A DNA stretch of 64,000 nt, from the NCBI GenBank assembly GCA_963813715.1, contig CAWFAK010000017.1:736001-800000 (forward strand). Reading direction: 5' to 3'. Each line of letters starts with the position of its first letter. The first letter of the stretch is position 1. The position numbers and the translations under genes are program-made. This DNA comes from an uncultured Planctomycetaceae bacterium. GTDB lineage: Bacteria; Planctomycetota; Planctomycetia; Planctomycetales; Planctomycetaceae. Shown one piece after another: positions 22,601 through 33,955 of the stretch. The notes under the pieces are model-generated. The model worked only from the letters and a program-made list of their open reading frames with translations. It searched no databases and was not told the DNA's origin.

Positions 22601-24463
22601 GCGTGACGACTTCTGGCGGTGTGCCGAACGTTCGCCGCCCCTCGAACCAGACGGATTGAGTGCCGAAGGCGGCCGCTTCGATCGTCAGTGAATGCACATT
22701 CTTGCGACCATCGACCGGAAGACTCACGTGACCTTTGGCGTCCGTTTGTCGACGCAGGCGAGCGCGCAGTTCTATCGGAATTGTTCCCGATCCCGCGTCA
22801 CTTCCAACGAACTCAGGCCAAACTGTTGGCCCGCGACGGGTCGTCCATCCGGCCCGACAAGCGAAAACTCCGCGATTGAACGCGGCAGACTGATATCGAG
22901 TGCAGCGCGTGGCCTGTCGAGTGAGGCATTCGCAACGCCAACGCTGTGGTCCGCTTTGACGGCCCAGACTTCGAAACCCCACCGCACAGGACCTCTCAGG
23001 TCTTTCAATTCGACAGAAAAGTGATACTGGCCCTTCGCATCGGTCTGACCTTGTCGGACGAGTGTTGTTTGATTGTCCAGGTCACGGCTGAAAGGATTCC
23101 GGCGGATCACAAAAACGTCTGCACCGCCGACGGGGATTCCCCCCTCTCCCGTCACAGTGCCTGAAACTTCGGTGTGCGCCTCGGCGGTCGTTGCGGGCGC
23201 GACTTGCTTGTCTGACGCGGCCAGAGCCATCGATTCGGTGATTCGACGTACACCGGGCAAGACAAGGACCGCGATCGCGATGATGACGATCCATCCACCG
23301 ACTGAAAGCCGCGACTTGGGTTGATGCGAGTCGTCCAGGAGCCGTTTCAGGCGCGGCCCGAGTGGGTGCGCCATCGAAATCCCCATCGAGGGCTGTCGTG
23401 GCTGGGCTCGCCGACGCGCAACCGCCAGCAACGTCTCGCAACAAACGTCGCCCGACATCAGTCCGTGGGCCAGCAGCAGATCATCGCAGCATTCCTCGCG
23501 CACTTGCCGCATCGCACGGGTGAGCCACCAATAGACCGGATGAAACCAGAAGGCGACGAACGCAGTCGTCTGCAGCGCGTTGACCCACAAATCTCCCCGT
23601 CGATGATGGGCCAATTCATGGGCCAGGACGACGTCGAGCTGTTCAGCAGAAAGCTCGTTAATCAAATCGTCCGGCAGGACGATCGTGTCGCCGCACGAGT
23701 CCACACGCGAAAGGGACACTCGCGGACTTCGAGCGCCGCAGTGCGGGGGGTCGCCTCAACCCCAAAGCCTGTGCCAGATTTTCCAATCGACGACACAATG
23801 CTTTCTCGGTGCTCGGTGGGGCGTGTCGAAGGATTTGGTTCAAACGGCGCTGTTGGTCGACTAGCCAGAGGATCACCAGACCCGCACCGAGACACCATGC
23901 CAACAATGCGGTCGTTCTGCCGCGCTCAGCAGTTAAGACAGGCCGCGGATGACCGGCTGATGACGAGAGCTGTGAGGCTGCCGGAGTGATCGCGTGCTCG
24001 CTCGACACAGCTGCGGGCAAACGCGGTGCGGTGTCGCTTGGGGCTTTCTGCGCGTGGATTTCGGGAAGCGCCGCCGAGATCGCCTGACTTCGACGTCTTC
24101 TCTTCCGTGCTGTCGGCCTGTCCGTCGGAAACGCGGGTTCTGGTCGATTTCGGCGACCGACGGAGCGGCAGACGGAGTCGTCGGCAACTGTGTCTGGATC
24201 AACAACGTGTCCGATCGCGGAGGCACGACGCGAGGACCCAACCAGCTGAACAGTCCGCACGAAATTGCCAAAAACGGAGGGATCAAGAATTTGACGAGGG
24301 CCACTGTCAAAGGCGAATAGCAAAACGGCGCGGGCCATCGCCGGCCGACGAGCACGAGTGTCAGTACCACAATCCCCACGAGTGCCGACTGCCAACTCGC
24401 ATGAACGAGGTGGAGCCACGCAATCTCGGCGATTTTCCGCGACGAGTCTGTGAAGTCGCGCAT
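19659..24463 (-). CDS. large BlaR1/M56 peptidase-domain protein with carboxypeptidase-regulatory-like repeats (about 5 frameshifts)
   Basis: HASWQSALV, VLAHELAHHRRGD (HEXXH), FWFHPVYW, REECCD; repeated GRVV..G.PV.GA / TD..G.F beta-sandwich motifs; helical C-terminus. Confidence 0.8.
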
Positions 24464-24899
24464 CACTTGGCCCTTTCCTTCCCTTGGTCCGCTTTGGCGC
24501 TTGCCCGCGCGGAGCGGCTCTTCCGCTTGCGATGTTCGTCGACGAGGGGCCAAGTTCGTCAAGCTCTTTCGCTGTTGGACGGCGTGACTGCAAGAGCGTC
24601 GCCACCGCGCGACACCGCTTCCGCCAAAGACGCGGTCCAGCAAGTCGCCGACCAAATGGCGCTGGATCGGAAAGGGCTCAACCGCCGCGCGAAAGACGAA
24701 CGCCTTGCCAATGTCGCCCTTCTGTCGAGCGACAACTCCTTTCCGCATCAAGCGAGACAAAAGCGTGGAAATGGAGGCATGCGTCATCGGTCTGCTCGCG
24801 GTCAGCAGCGTACGCAGCTGCGCTTGCCGTTTGCGGACCTTCCTGCCACAGGCAGACCATTACGTCCAATTCCGCGTCGGGCAAAACGGGGTCAGCCAT
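24463..24899 (-). CDS. BlaI/MecI/CopY-family repressor (frameshifted)
   Basis: LPDAELDVMVCLWQEG, TLLSRLMRKGVV, LLDRVFGGS; directly upstream of the M56 gene. Confidence 0.85.
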
Positions 24900-24942
24900 G
24901 TTTTGTCATCCCTTGTTTCGAGCCGTCGCCTCATCGTCCTGC

Positions 24943-24996
24943 AGAATATTGACCGTAGTCGATATTGTCAATCAAAATCATGACAACTGTCGATAT
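24943..24996 (-). promoter_or_regulatory. sigma70-type promoter of blaI-M56 operon with two palindromic operator boxes
   Basis: Minus strand TTGACA (24971-24966)-N17-TATTCT (24948-24943); TGAC-N4-GTCGATAT at 24950 and 24981. Confidence 0.7.
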
Positions 24997-25122
24997 CGCG
25001 AACGGCCGACGAGCGGGCGAAGGCGGTTGAAGCCAGCGACGAAAGAGACTCTGGACCAGGGCGAAACCGCAGAGCGCCGCGCGAGACGGGCTTGGCAAAG
25101 CTCAGATCGTCAATCGCTCAGG

Positions 25123-25690
25123 CTAGTTAACGATTGCGTCGATTTGCTGGTCGGTCAGTTTGCTGCGTGTGGCGAGGAGCATTTTGCGAATGTGTCGTTT
25201 CCCCTCGAATCCCTCGGGATGCCCGATATTGCCCAGCGGCGATTCGCTGGTAATCAACATCTTGCCCGTCGGGTCGAAGATGGCGTAAAACGGAATTCCT
25301 TGTCGTTCGTGGCCGGTCAGCCGGTCTGCCACTTCGGCTCCGTGAAGATCGCGCCAGTCGTCGATTTTCAGAAATACGTAGTCCTGCGAGAGCAGTGTCT
25401 TCTGGTCATCGAGCCAGCGTGTCAGCCGGAAACAGGGGCAACAGTAGCGCTGGCTGATGCGGACCCAGACTTTGCGGCCGGATTGCTGGGCGAGGGCGAA
25501 GGCGTGCTCCCATTTTTCACGGGCGTCCGCCGGCGCCGGGGCGTGTTGGCGAATGAACTCCGCCGCCCGTTTGGGGCTTGCCGGGTCCTTCAGATCAATT
25601 TCAATTCGGCCGAGTTCGTGGCCCGCGGGATCCATCGCCAGCGCGAAGACTTTTCCCTTAGCCGGCAGCGGCCAGTTCTTGGATCGCGCC
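25123..25690 (-). pseudogene. thioredoxin-like domain, probably 5'-truncated remnant of a larger protein
   Basis: AFALAQQSGRKVWV..RYCCPCFRL (CxxC), GIPFYAIFD, GNIGHP; its apparent 5' end overlaps the edge of the duplicated unit. Confidence 0.55.
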
Positions 25691-26062
25691 TGCATCGAGG
25701 CCGATGCGCTCACCGCGATGATGCCTTCACGCGAAGCGAGGCCGGTCTGCGGATTGGCATCTACGTTTGGTGATTCCTCTGAGTCCGCAATGGCTCATTT
25801 GTTTAGAGGAGTGCGAGGAATCATTTAGGTCAGTTATCGAAAGTGTGAAAGTCCGGCTAATTCCGGCGAATATAAGGTGCTTCTTACACAACGGGGTTTG
25901 CTTTCGTCCCCTTTTCTTGTTCATTGGCCTGGAGAAAACGCGAATGCCAAATTTTCGCAACTGCCGAGGTGTGGATGCCGCGCCCGCTCTGCAGAACCCC
26001 GGTCCATCATCGCGTTATTTCCCGCTGCTTGGATCAGTTGTCCCTTTTGAAAAGGACGAACC

Positions 26063-27407
26063 ATGACGAGGAAGCGGAAGGGTTTCACGCTCATCGAGCT
26101 GCTAGTCGTGATTGCGATCATCGCGGTTCTTGATCGCGCTCTTGCTGCCGGCCGTGCAAGCGGCGCGTGAAGCGGCTCGGCGGTTGCAATGCCGCAACAA
26201 CTTGAAACAGATCGCACTGGCGGAGCACAACTACCACGACGTCCATAGCCTCCTTACGCCCCCGTGGGTGACCCTGATGCAAGGCAAGCCCGGCAAATGC
26301 GGCCCCTATAGCAAGTGCGTTTGCTGCTGGTGCTGCGGATACCACGGCTGCCACATGGACCTCAACTTTCACACATGGCTCGAGTTCCTGTTGCCATACT
26401 CCGAAGCGACCACCGTCTGGAACAAGATCTGCGAGAACGCGCCGCTCTATTCGCCCTGGACGATATGCGGCCAACCTGCCTCTAACATGTGCGGCTGTTC
26501 CGTCGGGACTGCTTGCTACACCGCAGTGTGGACTTACCCCAACTCCGGCGATTGCCAGAAAAACACGTGCAACCCGCAAGGGTGCGCATTTGACCCGTGC
26601 GCCGCGAAACGGCCGGTGGCCCAGGTGATCCCATCGTACGCTTGCCCTTCGGCCCCACGGATCTCCAACCCGTTCCGCGAACACCTCTACATGTTCGGGG
26701 CTTGCTGCGGCGCCTACGTCAAATGCCATCCCGGCCCGGCGTTTACAAATATTTATCGGCTGTCGGGCGCCGCGGATTACATGGCGGTTGACTCAATAAA
26801 AGACGCCCTGCAGACGTGGATTTGTTGCGTCGTCGACACGCCATGCACTCGCTGCAAGTGCGGGTCGCCCGGGTGCAAGAACCCCTATCCTGACGCGAAG
26901 CATAAGTCCCCGCATTGCGGAGCATTGTTCTGCTTTAGAGGCCTGGGACATAACAGCAGCTCCGGCGTGAGTATTGATCAGATTACCGACGGGACCTCGA
27001 CCACGATCCTCTGCGTGGAAAACGCCGGGAAGCCGGATCTCTGGATCCGAGGCGTGAAACACCCCACCACCTTGACTTGCCAAAGTCCGGTGTTGCTGTG
27101 CGGCTGCGGGATTGGCTACTGGAACGGCAACCCCGGCGGATGCTGGGCGTGCTGGAATAATGTGAACCACTACATCACCGGCAGCAACTTTACCGGAACG
27201 GGTCTCGCAGGTAAGAAGCAGCCCACGTGCTTCTTCAACTGCACAAACGAGAACAGTGCGAACGCCATTTACAGTTTTCACCCCGGTAGCGGCGGAGTCG
27301 CAATGTGCGACGGCTCGGCCCGCATGATCAGCGAGGACATCAACGCCGGCGTGTTTGGCAGGCTGCTCAGCTACAGGGGAGGTCAGCCGGTGATGGACAA
27401 CTTCTGA
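26063..27407 (+). CDS. Cys-rich DUF1559 prepilin-type protein (1-nt insertion about 26127)
   Basis: [43 protein letters not shown]; 38 Cys by manual count. Confidence 0.92.
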
Positions 27408-27564
27408 GTCGGAGCTTCTGAGTCGGAGCAGCCTCACCTCTGGGAGGCTTTCGACCCGTGCCGAGCGGCACTGGCGGGCGATTGGCCCGTCAGTGTCCTC
27501 GGTTTCTCTGTTTCGCAAACACTCTCGCTTGAATCCACTTTCCGGTCAGCACACAGGGATCGCC

Positions 27565-28116
27565 ATGATTTCGGGAAACGTTTGGAAATTGATCGGCCGG
27601 TGGTCGCTGCTGGTGCTGGTGCTCGTTGCGGCCGCGGGCTGTTCCGGAAGGCAGTCGTCTGAGTCGCGAGTCAAAAAGGCGCTCGCCGATGCGGAGGCGA
27701 AAGCCAGCGCGCTGTACCAGCTCGCCGGCACCGTGACGGTCGACGGAATGCCGCCGGAATCCAAAGAGCTGAAGTCTCTGGTCGCCGTGCTCTACGATCC
27801 GCAAAAACCCGACGAAGAGCCCGCCTTTACGCTCGTGAGAGACGACGGGCATTTCAACTTCACTGAGGACGGAGTCGAGCCCGGGCATTACGTTTTGGCT
27901 TTTGCGGTTCTCCGGAGGAATCGACGGACCTTCAACGGTCCAGACAGGCTCCACAATCTTTACAACGACCCCGACGTGAACGCCAAGGTTCACCCGGAGC
28001 TGGTCATCGACCACCAGGCGCCGGGTAAAACGGACTACCAATTCAACCTCGAGGTCGTTGGTAAAGAGCCAATCAAATCCCCGGGTCCTCACGCTGTGAC
28101 CAAGGCGGCTAGATAA
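27565..28116 (+). CDS. DUF1559-partner lipoprotein (carboxypeptidase-regulatory-like fold)
   Basis: Lipobox AAGC; LAGTVTVDG, DDGHF, GVEPGHY, LHNLYNDP. Confidence 0.8.
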   Translation: MISGNVWKLIGRWSLLVLVLVAAAGCSGRQSSESRVKKALADAEAKASALYQLAGTVTVDGMPPESKELKSLVAVLYDPQKPDEEPAFTLVRDDGHFNFTEDGVEPGHYVLAFAVLRRNRRTFNGPDRLHNLYNDPDVNAKVHPELVIDHQAPGKTDYQFNLEVVGKEPIKSPGPHAVTKAAR

Positions 28117-28733
28117 AACCGTTGCGCGTCTGTTCGGGGGCAACCTGAGCGTTGCGAGTCGTGTTGGTCGGCGCATCTATTTCACGCACGCTGCGGTTGC
28201 CCACAGCCGCGTTTGTCGGAGTCTGCTGACGGCTGCGCAGGCGAATCCCCGGCATGTCCAGCGGCGGGAACGATTGCAGCTGCTTCTGCCGGCTCATCTG
28301 AGTCGCGCTCTCATTGAGTGAGTGACGCTAACGAGATGAGACGCGTTGACTGCATCGACGCCAATGCGCTCACTCGCCGTGATGCCTCGCCGCGCCACTC
28401 GAAATCGGTCCGCTGGTCTGCATCCACGTTTCGTCATTTCTCCAAATGTTTTAGGGCTCACTTGTCCACCGGAAATCGAGAAATGATTTAGAGCAGTTAT
28501 CGAAAGTGTGAAGGTCAGGCTAATTCCGGCGAAGATAAGCCCGTTTTTATGTGCGGGTTTGCTTTCACTTCCCGGTTGTTGTTGATTGACCTGGGCAAAG
28601 CGGGCGAAGGGATAAATTTTCGCACCTGCCGAGGTCTCGGACGCCGCGCCGCCTTCGACAGAGTGGGCCCTAAAACGGTTCATTTCCCAATTCACGCTGT
28701 TGAATAAGTTCTCCAGCCGTAAAGGAAGAGCCA

Positions 28734-30032
28734 ATGACGACGAGGCGGAAGGGTTTTACGCTCATCGAGCTGCTGGTCGTGATCGCGATTATCGCGGTCT
28801 TGGTCGCGCTCTTGTTGCCGGCCGTGCAATCGGCGCGCGAAGCGGCCCGGCGGATTCAATGCCGCAACAACTTAAAGCAGATCGCTTTGTCGGAGCACAA
28901 CTACCACGACGTCCATAGCCTCTTCACGCCTCCCTACATGATTGTGACGCAGGGCTCGCCGGGCAAATGCGGCGCCTACAGCAATTGCGTTTGCTGCTGG
29001 TGCTGCGGATACCATGGCCCGGCGAACTGCTTCAACTGGCATGTCTGGCTCGAATTTCTGTTGCCATTCGCCGAGGGGCAGAACGTCTGGAACAAGCTCT
29101 GCGAGAACGCCCCGCTTTACTCTCCCTGGAAGGTGTGCGGCTGCAAGGACGGTGGCTACACGGCGGCCTGGACTTATCGCAACTCCGGGGATTGCCAGAC
29201 GAACACCATCAACCCGAAACAGTGCGCGTTTGACCCGTGCGCTGCGAAACGGCCGGTGGCCGCGGTGATCCCGACGTACGTTTGTCCGTCGTGCCCGCGG
29301 ATCGCGAACCCGTTCCGCGAACACAACTACATGTTCGGGAATTGCTGCGGCGCCATTCCCTGCTGCCATCCCGGCCCCTGTTATCAGGATATCTATCGGT
29401 TGTCGGGCGCCTCGGATTACATGGCGGTTGGCGCGTTGAAACACTGCCTGCAATGTTACATCTGCTGCGTCCTCGAGACGCCAAACGAGCGCTGCAAGTG
29501 CCGCAAGCACGGCGACGGACCTAATGCTCAGTCCCAACATTGCTCGGTTTTGTTCTGCTTTAGAGGCGCGGGACACTTCGGCAGCCCCGGCGTGAGTATC
29601 GACCAGGTGACCGATGGGACCTCGACGACCATCCTCTGCGTGGAAAACGCCGGGAAGCCGGATCTTTGGATCCGGGGCGTCAAGACCCAAATGTCGAAGT
29701 GCCATGAAAGCCCCTGGTGGCTGTGCGCCTGCGGGATTGGCTACTGGGACACCAACCCTGGCGGCTGCTGGGGGTGCTGGAATAACGCGCTCCACACGAT
29801 CACCGGCAGCAACTACACCGGGACCGGGACCACGGGTGGCGCGGCGCCCACGTGCTTCTTCAACTGCACTAACGAGAACGGCGTGAATGCGCTTTACAGC
29901 TTTCATCCGGGCGCGGGCGGAGTCGCGATGTGCGACGGCTCGGCCCGGATGATCAGTGAGAACATCAGCGCCGTCGTCTTTTCCAGGCTGCTCAGTTACC
30001 ACGGCGGTCAGCCGGTGACGGACAACTTCTAA
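28734..30032 (+). CDS. Cys-rich DUF1559 prepilin-type protein
   Basis: [51 protein letters not shown]; 38 Cys in 432 aa by manual count. Confidence 0.93.
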   Translation: MTTRRKGFTLIELLVVIAIIAVLVALLLPAVQSAREAARRIQCRNNLKQIALSEHNYHDVHSLFTPPYMIVTQGSPGKCGAYSNCVCCWCCGYHGPANCFNWHVWLEFLLPFAEGQNVWNKLCENAPLYSPWKVCGCKDGGYTAAWTYRNSGDCQTNTINPKQCAFDPCAAKRPVAAVIPTYVCPSCPRIANPFREHNYMFGNCCGAIPCCHPGPCYQDIYRLSGASDYMAVGALKHCLQCYICCVLETPNERCKCRKHGDGPNAQSQHCSVLFCFRGAGHFGSPGVSIDQVTDGTSTTILCVENAGKPDLWIRGVKTQMSKCHESPWWLCACGIGYWDTNPGGCWGCWNNALHTITGSNYTGTGTTGGAAPTCFFNCTNENGVNALYSFHPGAGGVAMCDGSARMISENISAVVFSRLLSYHGGQPVTDNF

Positions 30033-30198
30033 TTGACAGCGGCCTCCAGGCGAATGGCTCGCTACGGTGTCGTTCCGCCTCAGGAGGCCTTTCAATGCCG
30101 AGCGGCACTGGCGGGCAATTGGCCCGTCAGTGCCTCGGCTTTTCTGTTTCGCAAACAATCACTCGCATCCCCTTTCTGGTAAGCAAACAGGGATCGCC

Positions 30199-30756
30199 AT
30201 GATTTCGAGAAACAGCTGGAAATTGGGGGGCTGGCGGTGGTCGCTGCTGTTGGTGCTTGCCGCCGCCACGGGGTGTTCCAGCCACCAGTCACCCGAGCAA
30301 AGGATCAAACTCGCGCTCGAACAGTCCGGGATGCCGGCGACCTCCCTCTATCCAATTGCCGGCACCGTGAACATCGACGGGCAGCCGCCCACATTCGACG
30401 ATCGGAGGAAGCGTCTGGTCATCACGCTTTACGATCCGCAGAAGCCCGATAAGAAGCATCTCCACACCATGGCAAGAGAAGACGGGAGCTTCAGGTTCAC
30501 GGAAGACGGGATCGGAGCCGGGCACTACGTTTTGGCGTTTGCCGTTCTACGGCGCAAAGGACCGCAGCATTTCGTCGGGCCCGACGCGCTCAACAATCTT
30601 TACAATGACCCCGATCTGAACGCGAAGAGCCACCCGGAGTTCGTCATCGACCACCAGGCACCCGGGAAAAAGGATTATGCCTTCAACCTCGATGTCGCGG
30701 GCAAAGACCCAATCACGTCCCCGGGGCCGCACGCCGTGACCGAGGCCAAACCCTGA
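30199..30756 (+). CDS. DUF1559-partner lipoprotein (paralog of 27565..28116)
   Basis: Lipobox ATGC; IAGTVNIDG, EDGSF, LNNLYNDP. Confidence 0.8.
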   Translation: MISRNSWKLGGWRWSLLLVLAAATGCSSHQSPEQRIKLALEQSGMPATSLYPIAGTVNIDGQPPTFDDRRKRLVITLYDPQKPDKKHLHTMAREDGSFRFTEDGIGAGHYVLAFAVLRRKGPQHFVGPDALNNLYNDPDLNAKSHPEFVIDHQAPGKKDYAFNLDVAGKDPITSPGPHAVTEAKP

Positions 30757-30834
30757 GCGTACGCGAGCCGGCCGCCGTTCGCTCTCGGTCAACTGATCGA
30801 GCCGGGTCCTCGCTCAGCAATCGAGACATTGCCG

Positions 30835-32595
30835 ATGTCCACGCAATTGAAAAACGTGAGCGTGCCGATAGCAGATGAAATTGCAGCGTCGACGTCGAAG
30901 AATCCCACGACTCGCAGCCGCTTGGCGCGCTGGCTCCGCTATGGAACGCCCTTCGCCATCTTGGCGCTCGGTGCCGCCGCCGAAGCCTACATTTTGCTCA
31001 AGAATGCGGAGGACGCCAGCGTCCAGGTGATGCTGACGTGGTACGCGGCCCCTTTGATTGTGCTCGCCCTGCTCGTCTGGTGGACGTTCCTTTCCGGATT
31101 CCGCTGGACCGTGCGGCTCACGGGCGTGGGCCTGTTTCTCCTTTCCAACATCGCCTTTCTGGGCGCGTTCCGCCTGAAGGAATTCAGCGGCAACATGGTT
31201 CCCAGCTTCGAGGGCCGCTGGCAGCGATCGGCCGAGGAAAAGGCCGCCGACTACTGGCGGGGCGAGGCCAGCGACGTAGCGGCCACAACCCCCGTCACGG
31301 AGCAGGACCGTTCCATCATTGTCGAGAAACTGATGATCGGCCCGGAAGACTGGCCTCAGTTCAATGGTCCCCACCGCGACGGCCGGGCAGACTCCGTGCG
31401 AATTCGGCCCGGCTGGGAGCCAGCGCAGCAGCGGAAACTTTCCGACTTTGATCAGCGGCCGCCGCGGCAGCTTTGGCGTCATCCCGTTGGACCGGCGTGG
31501 TCTTCGTTTGCGGTGGTCGAGGATTGTGCCTTCACGCAGGAGCAACGCGGGCCCGACGAGGCGGTCGTCTGCTACGACGCGCGCGACGGCAAACAAATCT
31601 GGGCTCATCTCGACCGAAACCAGCGATTCGACCAGGCGATGGCAGGCGTCGGGCCCCGTGCGACTCCCACGGTTTACAACTCGCGCGTCTACACCTTCGG
31701 GGCCACGGGCATTCTGAATTGCCTGGCCGCCCGTAGCGGAGCCGTGCTCTGGACGAAGAACGCCATTGAAGAGGCAGGAGTCCAACCGTTGCAGTTCGGC
31801 ATGTCGGGCTCGCCCCTGGTTTACGACAACCTGGTGGTGGTCAACCCGGGCGGCCCGCGAGGCTATCGACGGAACTCAGACGAGCGGCCGAGCGCTATCG
31901 CCTATGATCGCCTCACCGGCAAGCGGGTTTGGGCGGCCGGCGACTGCCAGGCGGCTTACGCGTCGCCCACGCTCGCGACGTTGGGAGGCGTGAAACAAGT
32001 CGTCATCTTCGACGCGCTCGGCGCGAGCGGACACGACGCGGCGACCGGCAAACAGTTGTGGCGCACGTCGCTGTGGACCAACGAGTTCCACAACAACATC
32101 GCGCAGCCGATCGTCGGCAAAGACGCGGGTGCCGAGGGCGCCGTGTTCCTCAGCAGCGGCTACGGGACCGGGAGCATCCTGTTCGATGTCAATAAGTCGG
32201 GCGACGACTGGACCGTCAGTGAACGCTGGAAGGCGCCGAACAAGTTCAAGCTCAAATTCAATTCCGGCGTGACTCGCGACGGCGTCGTCTACGGCCTCGA
32301 CGAAGGGATCCTAGCCTGCTTCGACCTCTCAACCGGCCGTCAACGTTGGAAGCGTGGGCACTACGGCTACGGCCAGCTCCTGCTCTTTGAAAATCTTCTC
32401 TTCGTGATTTCCGAAGAAGGCGACGCCGTGTTCTTGGAAGTTTCCCCGAGCAATGCCCAGGAGATCGTCCGCTTCCACGCGATTGACGGCAAAACCTGGA
32501 ACCACCCGGCCTACAGCCACGGCCGACTGTACGTTCGCAACGCCGAAGAAGCCGTGTGCTACGACCTCATGCCGGCACAAACGGGTTGGCGATAA
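30835..32595 (+). CDS. PQQ-binding-like (BamB-like) beta-propeller membrane protein
   Basis: N-terminal TMs, DWPQFNGPHRDG, GPRATP, SGSPLV, AAYASP, KTWNHPAYSHGRLYVRN. Confidence 0.85.
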   Translation: MSTQLKNVSVPIADEIAASTSKNPTTRSRLARWLRYGTPFAILALGAAAEAYILLKNAEDASVQVMLTWYAAPLIVLALLVWWTFLSGFRWTVRLTGVGLFLLSNIAFLGAFRLKEFSGNMVPSFEGRWQRSAEEKAADYWRGEASDVAATTPVTEQDRSIIVEKLMIGPEDWPQFNGPHRDGRADSVRIRPGWEPAQQRKLSDFDQRPPRQLWRHPVGPAWSSFAVVEDCAFTQEQRGPDEAVVCYDARDGKQIWAHLDRNQRFDQAMAGVGPRATPTVYNSRVYTFGATGILNCLAARSGAVLWTKNAIEEAGVQPLQFGMSGSPLVYDNLVVVNPGGPRGYRRNSDERPSAIAYDRLTGKRVWAAGDCQAAYASPTLATLGGVKQVVIFDALGASGHDAATGKQLWRTSLWTNEFHNNIAQPIVGKDAGAEGAVFLSSGYGTGSILFDVNKSGDDWTVSERWKAPNKFKLKFNSGVTRDGVVYGLDEGILACFDLSTGRQRWKRGHYGYGQLLLFENLLFVISEEGDAVFLEVSPSNAQEIVRFHAIDGKTWNHPAYSHGRLYVRNAEEAVCYDLMPAQTGWR

Positions 32596-32680
32596 TCGAG
32601 TCGTCGGCGAGCGCGGGCCATTCCGAATCCGGGCTGACGCGACTGGACTCTGATACGACCCTCACACCGAATGTGCCGTC

Positions 32681-33712
32681 TTGGGCGTCATTCTGCATGA
32701 GTCGGTCCGACACCTGCACCTGTGTTTCACCGCGCCTCATTTTCCGTTGCAGGCCCGACCCGCCGACGTCGATCGCTACCGAGGAAAGTATGCAAGCGGA
32801 TGGGACGCGCTCAGGCAGCAGCGGTACACGCGACAGAAGGAGCTCGGCGTCATCGACGCGCAGTGGCCGTTGTCTCCCCGTGACTCGGAAGCGCAATCGT
32901 GGGAGGAAGTGCCCAAGACCGCGCGTGCCGAGTTAGAGCTGCGGATGTCCATTTATGCCGCCATGATTGATAGCGTGGATCGCGGCGTCGGCCGCGTGCT
33001 GGATGAAATCCGACAGTCTGGCGTCGAGCAGGACACGGTCGTCATTTTTGTTTCGGACAACGGCGCGAGCGCCGAGGCCATCGAAACACCCGGCGACGAA
33101 CGGCCCCAGGACCGGGCATCGACTGATTCGACGACACCCGCACACCGCAGCCTCGGAGCGGGCTGGGCTAACGCCGCCAACACTCCTTTCCGCGGATACA
33201 AAATGTGGCTCCAAGAGGGGGGCGTCTCGACTCCGTTAATCATTTCCTGGCCTCGTAAATTGAGGCAGGGTGGATCGATCACGCCGCAAGTCGGACACGT
33301 GATCGACTTGATGCCGACCTGCCTGGACCTGGCGCATGTCAAATATCCACGCGTGTTTCAAGGCCGGGAATTGACGCCGCTCGAGGGACGGAGCCTCGTC
33401 CCGATCCTGGACGGTGGCACTCCGACTCCCCGGACGTTGTTCTGGGAGCACGAGGGGAATCGAGCCATTCGCGACGGCGATCTGAAACTCGTCTCGGACT
33501 TTCGAGGAAGTTGGCAACTGTACGATCTTAAGACGGATCGGACCGAGACCCACAATCTTTCGGCCCAACGCCCGGACGTTGTCGCCCGCCTGAATGCGAT
33601 CTGGCAGTTGTGGGCCGATCGAGTCGGCGTCGTCGACTGGTCAACGCTGCCCGGCTCGAACTATCGCCCGTCGCCCAGCTACCGAAAAAAGTCGGAGCCG
33701 GTCGCCCGTTGA
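32681..33712 (+). pseudogene. arylsulfatase, C-terminal two-thirds only
   Basis: FTAPHFPLQA, YAAMIDSVDRGVG, FVSDNGA, NTPFRGYK, LFWEHEGNRAIR; the catalytic C/S-x-P-x-R N-terminus is absent. Confidence 0.75.
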
Positions 33713-33955
33713 AGTGACCGTCCTCGTCGATCACTCGCAGCCGTCTGCCAGAAGCTTCTCAGTTCAACAAATTCGATCGACGGCATGCGCGACTTCGGCG
33801 GTCGTGTGGCGGGGGCGCTCCGCTTTGAACGATTCGGACCGTCGAGCGTGTTGCGGCTTGCTACAGTCTCGTTTGACCAAAGTCCCAGCAACATGCGCCA
33901 GACGATGAGCCCCGGCTAAAAATTCCGGATTTGGGCAGTTTGGTTGCACTTCCGG

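Larger units (their letters stand above)
25690..30756 (+). repeat. diverged tandem duplication: (upstream region + Cys-rich DUF1559 + hairpin + lipoprotein) x2
   Basis: Unit 1 about 25690-28116 and unit 2 about 28350-30756 align across non-coding leader, both genes and the intergenic hairpin. Confidence 0.9.

Noticed and set aside
27403..27430. 14-bp tandem duplication TTCTGAGTCGGAGC at the pilin stop codon
   Set aside because: Probably local slippage; absent from the paralog and no functional clue
26063..30032. Multiheme cytochrome or RiPP precursors
   Set aside because: No CxxCH motifs or maturation enzymes; standard DUF1559 framework
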